Positions 48,682-57,272 of a stretch of 64,000 bases of DNA are shown here, piece by piece. The notes beneath the pieces were generated by a model. It did no database searches and was not told the DNA's origin. It saw only the letters and a list, made by a program, of their open reading frames with translations. Source of the stretch: Alphaproteobacteria bacterium (lineage in GTDB: Bacteria > Pseudomonadota > Alphaproteobacteria > SP197); contig OZ219918.1 in the NCBI GenBank assembly GCA_964291415.2, forward strand, positions 608,001-672,000. The letters run 5' to 3'. Made by a program: the position numbers and the translations under genes. Numbering within the stretch: position 1 is the first letter of the stretch; each line of letters starts with the position of its first letter.

Positions 48682-48684
48682 CGC

Positions 48685-49227
48685 TCAGAATATGCCCTCG
48701 AGGAGAGCTTTTTCCTGTTCTTCGAGAATTGACTCCGTGAAGTCCCCGGAATTGATCGGCAGGCCGAGGGCGGCCACGGCCTGGATGCGCCGTCGTTCCT
48801 TTTCCGGATCGACGAGGACTGCCGTGCGGTCTCCGGGAGGGCGAAAGATGTTGAGATGGTCCAGCCAGGTGACGGCATCAAGGAGGGCCCGGTGTTCGGC
48901 ATTGACGAGCGACCGGATTCCAGGTTCGGCGGCAGACGTACCGGCGGCTTCCATGAGGTGACGTTCGGCAACGGTGGCGCCTGCGGATTCGATGGCTCCG
49001 CCGAGGAGTTCCTCTGCGGCATCCTGCGGCAGCATTTCCTGAGGCCTCGACACTCCGCTGCGGGGTTCCGGCAGGGAGTCGAGGGTCTCGGGAATCTCCA
49101 GGGGCTCGTGGGAGACCACCCTGAACTCGTCAGGCGGGTTGTGAATGAGTCCGAGGGACTCCCGTATGTCTCCGCACCCGGCGATCACGAGGGCACCGGC
49201 CACCACCACGGAAAGACGCTTGATCAT
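48685..49227 (-). CDS. DUF3035 family lipoprotein
   Basis: Lipobox IAGC; PPDEFRVV..PL; LPEPR.G..RPQE; downstream of lspA. Confidence 0.75.
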   Translation of the reverse strand: MIKRLSVVVAGALVIAGCGDIRESLGLIHNPPDEFRVVSHEPLEIPETLDSLPEPRSGVSRPQEMLPQDAAEELLGGAIESAGATVAERHLMEAAGTSAAEPGIRSLVNAEHRALLDAVTWLDHLNIFRPPGDRTAVLVDPEKERRRIQAVAALGLPINSGDFTESILEEQEKALLEGIF

Positions 49228-49721
49228 GACGACATCCTACGTCTGCGGTCCGGACGCAACAAGGCGTTGAGGACAAGAACGCCGACGCCGACCGTGATGG
49301 CCGAATCGGCAACGTTGAAGGCAGGCCAGCTCCATCCACCGGCGTGGAGATCGATGAAATCCGCGACCGCTCCGTGGATGACGCGGTCGACCGCGTTGCC
49401 GACAGCACCCCCTGCGACGAGACCGCCGCCCAGGATCGCCCAGAGGTCGTTCTGGCGGGCTACCCAGACCATCAGGCCAGTGGCGATGGCGAAGGCGAGG
49501 GCGCTCAGCCCCCAGCGCAGGATGCCGCTTTCCTGCGCGAGCATGCCGAAGCTGATGCCCCGGTTCCATACCATCACGAGCCGGACATGCGACGTGACGT
49601 CGAGGGGGTGAAACCCGCGCTGTGCCATGAAGTCGATGATGAAGGCCTTGCTCACCTGATCGGCGACGAGAACCACGAAGAACACGGCAAGGCCCAGCGC
49701 GATTCCCGGGGTCCATCTCAT
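49224..49721 (-). CDS. lspA: Lipoprotein signal peptidase II
   Basis: DQVSK, WNRGISFG, GAVGNAVDR, AFNVAD. Confidence 0.95.
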   Translation of the reverse strand: MRWTPGIALGLAVFFVVLVADQVSKAFIIDFMAQRGFHPLDVTSHVRLVMVWNRGISFGMLAQESGILRWGLSALAFAIATGLMVWVARQNDLWAILGGGLVAGGAVGNAVDRVIHGAVADFIDLHAGGWSWPAFNVADSAITVGVGVLVLNALLRPDRRRRMSS

Positions 49722-52555
49722 CAACTGCCGCCACTCCCGGCAACGGCATGTGCACACCGTCCGCACAGGTCCGGATAAGCCGGATCGCTTCCGACCTCGT
49801 CCAGGACCTTCCAGCAGCGCTCGCAGCGCCGGCCCGTCGCCAGGCCGACCTCGACGGCGACATCGGCAACATCCTCGAGGCGGAAGGCGTCGCCGGGCCC
49901 CTCGCCATCCTGCAACGTGACCCTGGAGGCGATGGCGATCTCCGCCATGTCGACGCTGTCGACAATGGCCAGATCATCGGGCGAAACGTGAATGACCGGG
50001 TGTGCCTGGAGACTGGAACCGATGCGCTTGTCGCGGCGTTCGATCTCCATTGCGCCGGTCACCACGCGCCGCACCCGCCGCACGGACTCCCAGCGTGCCG
50101 CCAGTTCGTCGTTGCGCCATTCTTGAGGCACATCCGGGAACAGCCGGCGATGGACGCTCGCCCGCTCCCCCGGAAACCTCAGCAGCCACGCCTCCTCGGA
50201 GGTAAAGCACAGGATGGGCGCCAGCCATGCCGTAAGGCATGAGAACAGGGTATCGAGCACCGTCCGGCAGGCGCGCCGGCGGGGCGAGTCGGCGGTGTCG
50301 CAGTAGAGCGCGTCCTTGCGGATGTCGAAGTAGAAGGCTGAAAGGTCGGTCGCGCAGAAACCGTGCAGAACGACAAACAGCGTATGGAAGTCGAAATCGT
50401 CGCAGGCCTTGCGGACGATGCCGTCGATCTCCTGGAGACGGTGCAGGACCCAGCGCTCGAGTTCCGGCATGTCGGCCACGTCAAGGCGTTCCTCTTTGCG
50501 GAATCCGTCAAGGTTCCCGAGCAGGAATCGAAAGGTGTTCCGCAGACGGCGGTAGCTGTGAGCCTGGTAGTCGAGGATTTCCCGCGAAATGCGCAGATCC
50601 TCGCTGTAGTCGGCAGACACCACCCAGATTCTCAGAATGTCGGCACCGTACCGGTCGATGACCTCCTGGGGAGAGATGACGTTGCCCAGCGATTTCGACA
50701 TCTTGCGACCGTTGCCGTCCATGACGAAGCCGTGGGTGAGAACGGCGTCATAAGGCGCCCGGTTGCGGGTTCCCGACGATTCGAGCAGGGACGAGTGGAA
50801 CCAGCCCCGATGCTGGTCCGACCCTTCAAGATAGAGCGATGCCGGCCAGGCGAGATCCTCGCGCGCCTCCAGAACGAAGCTGTGCGTCGAACCTGAATCG
50901 AACCAAACGTCGAGGATGTCGCTCACCTGCTCGTAGTCTCCGGCGTCGTGGTCGTTGCCGAGAATTACCTGCGGATCGGTGGTGAACCAGACGTCGGCTC
51001 CTTCCGCCTCGACGGCGTCGGCGATGCGATCGATCACCGCCTGATCGCGCAGGACCTCGCCAGTGCTGCGGTTGACGAACACCGTGATCGGAACTCCCCA
51101 TGCGCGCTGCCGGGAGAGCACCCAGTCGGGACGCGTCTCGACCATGCCGCGTATTCTCTCGCGCCCCGATGGAGGCACCCATCGGGTTGCGTCGATCGCT
51201 TCCAGGGCCTTGGCGCGCAGCCCCGCGGCATCCATGGATATGAACCACTGGGTCGTATTGCGGAAGATGAGCGGCGCCTTCGAGCGCCAGGAGTGGGGGT
51301 AGCTGTGGACGAGCTTGCCGGCGCCGAGCAACGCGCCTCGCCGGGCCAGTTCACGGATGACGAGACCGTTGGCGTCTCCCTGGCGGCCGTCGTCCGTCAG
51401 CACGCGCGCCCCGGCAAACAGCGGAACATGGTCGAGAAAGGCGCCGTCCTCGCCGATAGTATCGGGAACCTCGATGCCGTTGGCGGTGCCGAGAATCCAG
51501 TCGTCGGCGCCGTGGCCGGGAGCGATGTGAACGAAACCCGTCCCCTGGTCGGTGGTCACGTGATGGCCTGCCAGCAGCGGGACATCGAAGTCATACCCGT
51601 CGCCGCGCAGCGGATGACGGGTGAGAGTGCCGGCAAGCCTGGCCCCGGCCACGCGGCCGACAACCCTGTGACCGGTGATCGAACAGCGCTCCAGGGTGGC
51701 GGCCACCAGGGCATCGAGAACGACAATCCTCTGTCCGGCAACCGCGCCGGATTTGTCGCCGGTGCTCTCGACCTCGATGACGGCGTAGTCGAGGGAATCG
51801 CCGTAGGCGATGGCCCGGTTGCCCGGCAGCGTCCAGGGTGTCGTGGTCCAGATGACGATGGCGGCGTCCCGCAGTTCCGCCAGCGGTGATCTCGTGACCG
51901 GAAAGGCGACGTCGATCATGGGCGACGTGTGGTCGTTGTACTCGACCTCGGCCTCTGCCAGCGCCGTCCTTTCGACGCAGGACCACATGACCGGTTTCGA
52001 GCCGCGATAGAGCTGGCCCGACATGATGAACTTGCCAAGCTCGCGGACAATCTGCGCCTCGGCTGCATGGCTCATCGTCGTATAGGGATCGTCCCAGTTG
52101 CCGATCACGCCAAGGCGCTTGAACTCGCGACGCTGGACGTCAATCCACTTGTCGGCGAACTCGCGGCATTCGCGGCGGAATTCGACGATGTCGACATCGT
52201 CCTTGTTGCGTCCCGTTGCCCGGTACTCCTCCTCGATCTTCCATTCGATGGGCAGGCCGTGACAGTCCCAGCCGGGAACGTAGTTCGCGTCCCGGCCCAG
52301 CATTTGCTGCGAGCGGTTGATCACATCCTTGAGGATCTTGTTGAGGGCATGGCCGATATGCAGGTGGCCGTTGGCATAGGGGGGCCCGTCGTGGAGGATG
52401 AAGGGCTCCCGGCCGCATGCGTCCTCGCGCAGTCTCGCGAAGAGGTCGATCTCTTCCCAGCGCTCCAGAATCTCCGGTTCGCGTTTCGGCAATCCGGCGC
52501 GCATGGGAAAGGTGGTCTTCGGCAGAAACAGCGTCTGCCTGTAATCGGCAGTCAT
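49721..52555 (-). CDS. ileS: Isoleucine--tRNA ligase
   Basis: HDGPPYANG.HIGH, DWVLSRQR, EGSDQHRGWF, KMSKS, CERC. Confidence 0.98.
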   Translation of the reverse strand: MTADYRQTLFLPKTTFPMRAGLPKREPEILERWEEIDLFARLREDACGREPFILHDGPPYANGHLHIGHALNKILKDVINRSQQMLGRDANYVPGWDCHGLPIEWKIEEEYRATGRNKDDVDIVEFRRECREFADKWIDVQRREFKRLGVIGNWDDPYTTMSHAAEAQIVRELGKFIMSGQLYRGSKPVMWSCVERTALAEAEVEYNDHTSPMIDVAFPVTRSPLAELRDAAIVIWTTTPWTLPGNRAIAYGDSLDYAVIEVESTGDKSGAVAGQRIVVLDALVAATLERCSITGHRVVGRVAGARLAGTLTRHPLRGDGYDFDVPLLAGHHVTTDQGTGFVHIAPGHGADDWILGTANGIEVPDTIGEDGAFLDHVPLFAGARVLTDDGRQGDANGLVIRELARRGALLGAGKLVHSYPHSWRSKAPLIFRNTTQWFISMDAAGLRAKALEAIDATRWVPPSGRERIRGMVETRPDWVLSRQRAWGVPITVFVNRSTGEVLRDQAVIDRIADAVEAEGADVWFTTDPQVILGNDHDAGDYEQVSDILDVWFDSGSTHSFVLEAREDLAWPASLYLEGSDQHRGWFHSSLLESSGTRNRAPYDAVLTHGFVMDGNGRKMSKSLGNVISPQEVIDRYGADILRIWVVSADYSEDLRISREILDYQAHSYRRLRNTFRFLLGNLDGFRKEERLDVADMPELERWVLHRLQEIDGIVRKACDDFDFHTLFVVLHGFCATDLSAFYFDIRKDALYCDTADSPRRRACRTVLDTLFSCLTAWLAPILCFTSEEAWLLRFPGERASVHRRLFPDVPQEWRNDELAARWESVRRVRRVVTGAMEIERRDKRIGSSLQAHPVIHVSPDDLAIVDSVDMAEIAIASRVTLQDGEGPGDAFRLEDVADVAVEVGLATGRRCERCWKVLDEVGSDPAYPDLCGRCAHAVAGSGGS

Positions 52556-52723
52556 TCAGGCGGTATCCGTCGGGATCCAGACAAACGGCAGGAGGTGGGG
52601 GACGTCACGGACGTCGTCTGCACGCGGAACCGAACCTGCCAGCAGCAGGCCTGTCCCGCGTTTCATGGACATCAGCCCCCTCTATCACCGCCATGGTCCC
52701 TTGTCGAGACCGGCACGTGGAGG

Positions 52724-53659
52724 TCATGTGGCGAGAATGGCTCTCGCCCGATCGCAGTCCTCGGCGATCTTGCGGGCCAGGTCCTCGGCGCTGTCAAAGG
52801 TCATGTCCTTACGCACGCGCGCCGCGAACGCGACCCTCATGCGCTGGCCGTAGAGGTCACCGGCAAAATCGAAGAGGTGAACCTCCAGAACCATCGTCGT
52901 GCCCTTGAATGTCGGACGGGTGCCGATGTAGGCGGCGCCGTCATGCCACGTTGCGGAGGCGCCATGACCGAGCCCGGCCCGTACCGCGTAGATGCCCGGC
53001 GCCGGATGAAGGACACCGTCAAGCGGCAGGTTGGCGGTCGGAAACCCCATTTCGCGGCCCCGCCTGTCCCCGGTCCGCACCCTCTCCTCGAACTCCCACG
53101 GCCGCCCGAGTCGTTCGGCCGCCTGTTCGACCTGTCCGCGGCGCACGAAGAGGCGGATGTCGGTCGAGGACACTCCCTTGCTGCCGAGAGCAAATCCGGG
53201 CACCTCGGTGTAGCCGAACCCCTCCCGCTCGGCCATGCGGGACAGAATGTGGGTGTTGCCGTGGCGATTCTTGCCGAACACGAAACCGGGGCCGGTCAGG
53301 ACGTGGTGGATATCCAGTCCGCCGACCAGGACGTCGACGACGAAATCCTGCGCCGTCAGCGCCGCCATCTCCGGCCCGAAGGCGAGGTTGACCATGAGGT
53401 CGACGCCGGTGTCAGCCAGCACCCGGCACTTCTGGCGGAAGGTCGTGAGGCGGAAGGGTGCCCCGGATCCGTGAAAGAAGCTGCGGGGATGCGGCTCGAA
53501 CGTGAGAACACCCGCCGGCTGACCTGCATCACGGGCGAGATCGACAGCCCTCGCGATCACGCTGTTGTGACCCAGGTGGAGACCATCGAAGTTGCCCAGC
53601 GCGATTACCGGGCGGGCGAGTTCGGAAGGCAGCGGTCCAGGATGACGAAAAATCCGCAT
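52724..53659 (-). CDS. ribF: Bifunctional riboflavin kinase/FAD synthetase
   Basis: GNFDGLHLGH, TFEPHP, SSTDIR, GFPTAN, LEVHLFDF. Confidence 0.95.
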   Translation of the reverse strand: MRIFRHPGPLPSELARPVIALGNFDGLHLGHNSVIARAVDLARDAGQPAGVLTFEPHPRSFFHGSGAPFRLTTFRQKCRVLADTGVDLMVNLAFGPEMAALTAQDFVVDVLVGGLDIHHVLTGPGFVFGKNRHGNTHILSRMAEREGFGYTEVPGFALGSKGVSSTDIRLFVRRGQVEQAAERLGRPWEFEERVRTGDRRGREMGFPTANLPLDGVLHPAPGIYAVRAGLGHGASATWHDGAAYIGTRPTFKGTTMVLEVHLFDFAGDLYGQRMRVAFAARVRKDMTFDSAEDLARKIAEDCDRARAILAT

Positions 53660-53683
53660 GAACGCCCCATGTCTGCCCGGGTC

Positions 53684-54117
53684 TCACTCCTCGCGGTCGG
53701 GCACCATGACAAGTGCTTCACCCTCAATGACCGTCGTTTCGCCCACCGTACACACGGTATCGAGCGTCAGGCGGCGCTTCTCTTCGTCAATGGAGCGCAC
53801 GGTTACCGTCGCGCACACGGTATCGCCGACTCTCACAGGAGCACGGAACCTCAAGGTCTGGCCCATGTAGATCGATCCGGGTCCGGGAAGCCTGGTCCCG
53901 ATGACGGCGGAAATGTAACTCGCCGACAGCATGCCATGGGTGATGCGTCCCTTGAACATGGTGGCCGCGGCCCATTCATCGTCAAAGTGAACAGGGTTGT
54001 CATCGCCCGACACGTCCGCGAAACGTTCGATATCCGCTTCTGTGATCGTCGCTCGTAGTGGTCTGTCTGCCCGATATGGATATCCGAAAGGGTGATCGCG
54101 GAAGGAGGAGGGGACAT
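53684..54117 (-). CDS. MaoC family (R)-specific enoyl-CoA hydratase (PhaJ-like), 1-nt frameshift near 54050
   Basis: N-terminus DIHIGQTDHYER (ORF 53851..54117) joins TITEADIERFADVSGDDNPVH..HGML..LPGPG in another frame. Confidence 0.8.
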
Positions 54118-54209
54118 GAAGGGCAGCTCCCAGGCCGGTCATTGTGCGATGCACAATACCGCCGGTCACGAGCGGCGCAAGCGCAATCTGACGACGCCCA
54201 CCGGCGAAC

Positions 54210-55226
54210 TCACGGGCGCCTGCGGGATCGGCGGATTCGCCGCTTGCCAGGCGCCGGCGCCACACGGGCGAGACCGAGGGCCGCTTCAATGTCCGCAAGC
54301 TCCGGCGCCGGTCCCGGGTCGTAGCCCTGGAGAGATTCACGGATGGCGGTGATGTGGTTGGGTGCCGAACCGCAGCAACCGCCGACAATCGAGGCACCGG
54401 CGTCCCGCGCCAGGCGGGCGTAGGTTCCCATGAGTTCCGGAGTCCCGGAGTAGCGGATCGCACCGTCCACGTACTCCGGAAGGCCGCAATTGGCCTTGGC
54501 GACAAGGGGCAGGCGGCAGGTCGTCGAAGCGTTCATGGCGGCGACAGCGGCAACGAGTTCGCCAAAGCCATTGCCGCAATTGGCGCCGAACCCCGCCAGT
54601 GGAGCTGCAGCAAAGTGATCCGCTGCCTGTTCGGGCGTCACGCCCATCATCGTCCGTCCGTTGGTGTCGAACGTCATGGTGCAGACGAGGGGCAGGCCCG
54701 CCGGGGCCGCGCCCTCGATGGCCGCCTCGGCTTCCTCGATGGAGGAGATCGTCTCGATCCAGATCACGTCGACACCTCCCGAGGCGAGTCCCAGGGCCTG
54801 TTCACGGAAGGCCCGGACCGCATCCTCGTGTGTGAGGTCGCCGACGGGCTGCATGATGTCGCCGGTCGGACCCATGGACCCTGCGACCAGGACGTTGCGC
54901 TCTGCCCGGTCGGCCACCGCCCGGGCCAGCCTTGCGGCTTCCCGGTTGAGTTCGCGGACCCGGTCTGAGGCGCCGTGCAGTTTCAGCCGGTTGGCGGTTC
55001 CACCGAAGCTGTTGGTGAGGATGATATCGGCGCCGGCCATGACCATGGCCTCGTGATTGGCCATGACGCCATCAGGGTTGTCGACGTTCAGGAGCTCCGG
55101 CGAACTTCCCGACTCGAGACCGGCGGAGAAGAGATTGGTTGCGGTGGCGCCGTCAGCGACAAGCACGCCCCTCGTCGAGAGGAGGTACCTGAATCGTTCT
55201 GTGTGAGGCAATGCGTGGAAGTCCAA
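54210..55226 (-). CDS. bmt: Betaine/homocysteine S-methyltransferase (stand-alone MetH Hcy-binding domain)
   Basis: DGATATNL, GADIILTNSFG, GSMGPTG, ETIS, GANC, GGCCG; start approximate (TTG 55226). Confidence 0.85.
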   Translation of the reverse strand: MDFHALPHTERFRYLLSTRGVLVADGATATNLFSAGLESGSSPELLNVDNPDGVMANHEAMVMAGADIILTNSFGGTANRLKLHGASDRVRELNREAARLARAVADRAERNVLVAGSMGPTGDIMQPVGDLTHEDAVRAFREQALGLASGGVDVIWIETISSIEEAEAAIEGAAPAGLPLVCTMTFDTNGRTMMGVTPEQAADHFAAAPLAGFGANCGNGFGELVAAVAAMNASTTCRLPLVAKANCGLPEYVDGAIRYSGTPELMGTYARLARDAGASIVGGCCGSAPNHITAIRESLQGYDPGPAPELADIEAALGLARVAPAPGKRRIRRSRRRP

Positions 55227-55295
55227 GACTCCGTTACGCCCGCTGACATCCCTGGATTGTGTCGCACGGCATCGCTGCCATGCAAGGACAGTCCT

Positions 55296-55348
55296 GGCGG
55301 GAGCGGCGTGACAGGCACCTTGCGTGCTTCGGTCACGCCACTCCCGCC
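55296..55348. other. Long hairpin between small ORF 1 and bmt (terminator or cis-regulatory RNA)
   Basis: GGCGGGAGCGGCGTGAC / GTCACGCCACTCCCGCC 17-bp stem with one mismatch; loop holds a small GCAC/GTGC stem; no U tract. Confidence 0.5.
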
Positions 55349-55371
55349 CGGGTGATGTTCCCGTCCGTCCA

Positions 55372-55494
55372 TCATGCCAGCGGAATGAGCGGCTTGAGCG
55401 CGTTGATCCGGCTGACGAACGACGGGGATACCTGACGCCGGGTACGGATCGTGTCACGGCGGGGGGTATCATGAAGGAATTTTCTGAAAAGCAT
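55372..55494 (-). CDS. Putative 40-aa small protein, copy 1
   Basis: SD GGGAGA before ATG 55494; MLFRKFLHDTPRRDTIRTRRQVSPSFVSRINALKPLIPLA; paralog at 55844. Confidence 0.55.
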   Translation of the reverse strand: MLFRKFLHDTPRRDTIRTRRQVSPSFVSRINALKPLIPLA

Positions 55495-55610
55495 GGCAAT
55501 TCTCCCTGTCAAGATGTTTCGGAACCATGCCTGTTCCTGCTTGTAATCTGGGGTTTTCCGTGGCATTTGACCAGCGACGATTATTCACGTCAGGCATGAG
55601 AGAAACTCAT

Positions 55611-55775
55611 ATGCCATCGAGCCGTCACCCACTGTACGACGCCCTGAAGACCTTCGAGGCTGCCGGTCTGCACTTCTCTTTCACCCGAGCGGGGGGATGC
55701 GGCCCGACCCGGGCCGCCATCAGTCATCAGGTGGGAAACTCAAGGAGTGTGCGGGCACATGCCACTTCGATCGCA
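55611..55775 (+). pseudogene. Truncated, frameshifted copy of the gcvA-like LysR HTH
   Basis: MPSSRHPLYDALKTFEAAGLHFSFTRA..TRAAISHQV aligns to the neighbouring MSSRRLPPLNALRAFEAAARHLSFTRA..TQAAISHQV, then shifts frame and ends. Confidence 0.85.
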
Positions 55776-55843
55776 GGTGTCCCGTGGTCTGCAGCTCACG
55801 GGATTCCGGCGGCACGGTCTTGGAGGATTGTCCCGCCTTTCCA

Positions 55844-55966
55844 TCACCACGGGGGAATGAGCAGCTTGAGCCTGTTCATGCGGCTGGCGAACGAGGGGAG
55901 AGCCGGACGCTGGGTCCTGTCCGCGTCACGGCGGATTTCATCACGAACGGTCTTCTTGAAGAGCAT
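55844..55966 (-). CDS. Putative 40-aa small protein, copy 2
   Basis: SD GGGAGA before ATG 55966; MLFKKTVRDEIRRDADRTQRPALPSFASRMNRLKLLIPPW. Confidence 0.55.
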   Translation of the reverse strand: MLFKKTVRDEIRRDADRTQRPALPSFASRMNRLKLLIPPW

Positions 55967-56085
55967 GGCAATTCTCCCTGTTACAGACGTTTCGGAACCA
56001 TGCCCTGTTCCGGCTTGCAGCCTGAGGCGTGCCGAAGACACATGACCAGCGACGATTGCTCGCCCCAGCCATGAAGGAAACACAT

Positions 56086-56997
56086 ATGTCATCGCGCCGT
56101 CTGCCGCCGCTCAATGCCCTGAGGGCCTTCGAGGCTGCCGCCCGTCACCTCTCCTTTACCCGCGCGGCGGAGGAGCTCAGCGTGACCCAGGCCGCCATCA
56201 GTCACCAGGTGAGGAAACTCGAGGAACGTCTGGGCACGCGTCTCTTCGAGCGCCATGGACGAGGCCTTGAGCTCACGGACACGGGCGGCATGTATCTCCC
56301 GTTCCTGCGCCAGGCCTTCGACATCATTGCCGACGGCACCAACCTCATCATCAGTCAGGACACCCATGGTCCGCTGTCTGTCACCATGCTGGCGACCTTC
56401 GCCGTCAGGTGGTTCATTCCCCGGCTGCGGGAGTTTCACCGGCTTCACCCTGATGTCGAGGTTCGCATGGTGACCACGGATCGCATGGTCGATTTCTTCC
56501 GCGAGGACATCGATTGCGGCATTCGCTACGGCACCGGTTCCTGGCAGGGTCTGGACGCGGTGAAGCTCTTCGAAGACCGCTATGTTGCGGTGTGCAGTCC
56601 CGATCTCCTCTCCGGCGAAGAGCCACTGGCGGCGCCAGCCGATCTCCGCCATCACACGCTTCTTCACGAACAGGATGACGAGGACTGGCGCTACTGGCTT
56701 GCCGCACTTCATGTCGAGGGTGTCGACAGCGCGGGAGGAATGATATTCGAAAGCAGTGACCTTGCGCTCGAGGCTGCCGCCGCGGGGCTCGGTGTGGCCC
56801 TTGGCAGCCGGATTGTCGTGCAGGGGGATGTCGACGACGGCCGGCTCGTCATGCCCTTTGGCGATCTGACAGACGAGGACCTCGCCTACTGGCTCGTCTA
56901 TCCCAGGGGCAGTGCGCGGAAGCCGAACGTCAGCGCCTTTCGCGACTGGCTCATCGAGGCGGCACGGCAGGCCGATGATGCCATCCACCGGTTGTGA
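56086..56997 (+). CDS. gcvA: GcvA-like LysR family transcriptional regulator
   Basis: LPPLNALRAFEAAARHLSFTRAAEELSVTQAAISHQV, WFIPRL, IRYG.G.W, FRDWL. Confidence 0.85.
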   Translation: MSSRRLPPLNALRAFEAAARHLSFTRAAEELSVTQAAISHQVRKLEERLGTRLFERHGRGLELTDTGGMYLPFLRQAFDIIADGTNLIISQDTHGPLSVTMLATFAVRWFIPRLREFHRLHPDVEVRMVTTDRMVDFFREDIDCGIRYGTGSWQGLDAVKLFEDRYVAVCSPDLLSGEEPLAAPADLRHHTLLHEQDDEDWRYWLAALHVEGVDSAGGMIFESSDLALEAAAAGLGVALGSRIVVQGDVDDGRLVMPFGDLTDEDLAYWLVYPRGSARKPNVSAFRDWLIEAARQADDAIHRL

Positions 56998-57065
56998 TCG
57001 GTGCGGGCGCGAGTATCATGGGCGCGATTCCTTGAGGATTCCGGTCAGTGATGGGGAGCCGTGTC

Positions 57066-57227
57066 ATGCGTAAGCTGGTTGATCTGGTTCGCGAAGAAGC
57101 CGGCCTCGTCAGGACCGAGCGCGCCCTCCTGGCGGGAACATTCGTCATGGGCCTCCTCATCGTCCTGCTGCTGCTTGGTGTCGACATTGCCAGCTGGTTC
57201 GGCATCGAGCCTCCCGCTCCCGAATAG
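57066..57227 (+). CDS. 53-aa single-TM protein resembling an Flp pilin
   Basis: Manual translation MRKLVDLVREEAGLVRTERALLAGTFVMGLLIVLLLLGVDIASWFGIEPPAPE; GGGGAG SD upstream; too short for the ORF track. Confidence 0.55.
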   Translation: MRKLVDLVREEAGLVRTERALLAGTFVMGLLIVLLLLGVDIASWFGIEPPAPE

Positions 57228-57272
57228 GGCGTCCATCCCGGCGGATGCAATTCTCCCGGGAGGAAGTCAGCG

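Larger units (their letters stand above)
55372..56250. repeat. Diverged tandem duplication, period about 470 bp (small ORF + intergenic region + 5' end of LysR gene)
   Basis: Shared blocks AGCATGGCAATTCTCCCTGT, GTTTCGGAACCATGCC, TGACCAGCGACGATT, CTTCGAGGCTGCC and GGCCGCCATCAGTCA in both copies. Confidence 0.9.

Noticed and set aside
52556-52666. Short ORF MKRGTGLLLAG... between ribF and ileS
   Set aside because: About 36 aa, no recognisable motif and no independent support
55226-55372. SAM-SAH, SAH or cobalamin riboswitch, or SRP RNA, upstream of bmt
   Set aside because: Consensus motifs were not recognisable by eye; kept only as an unassigned hairpin
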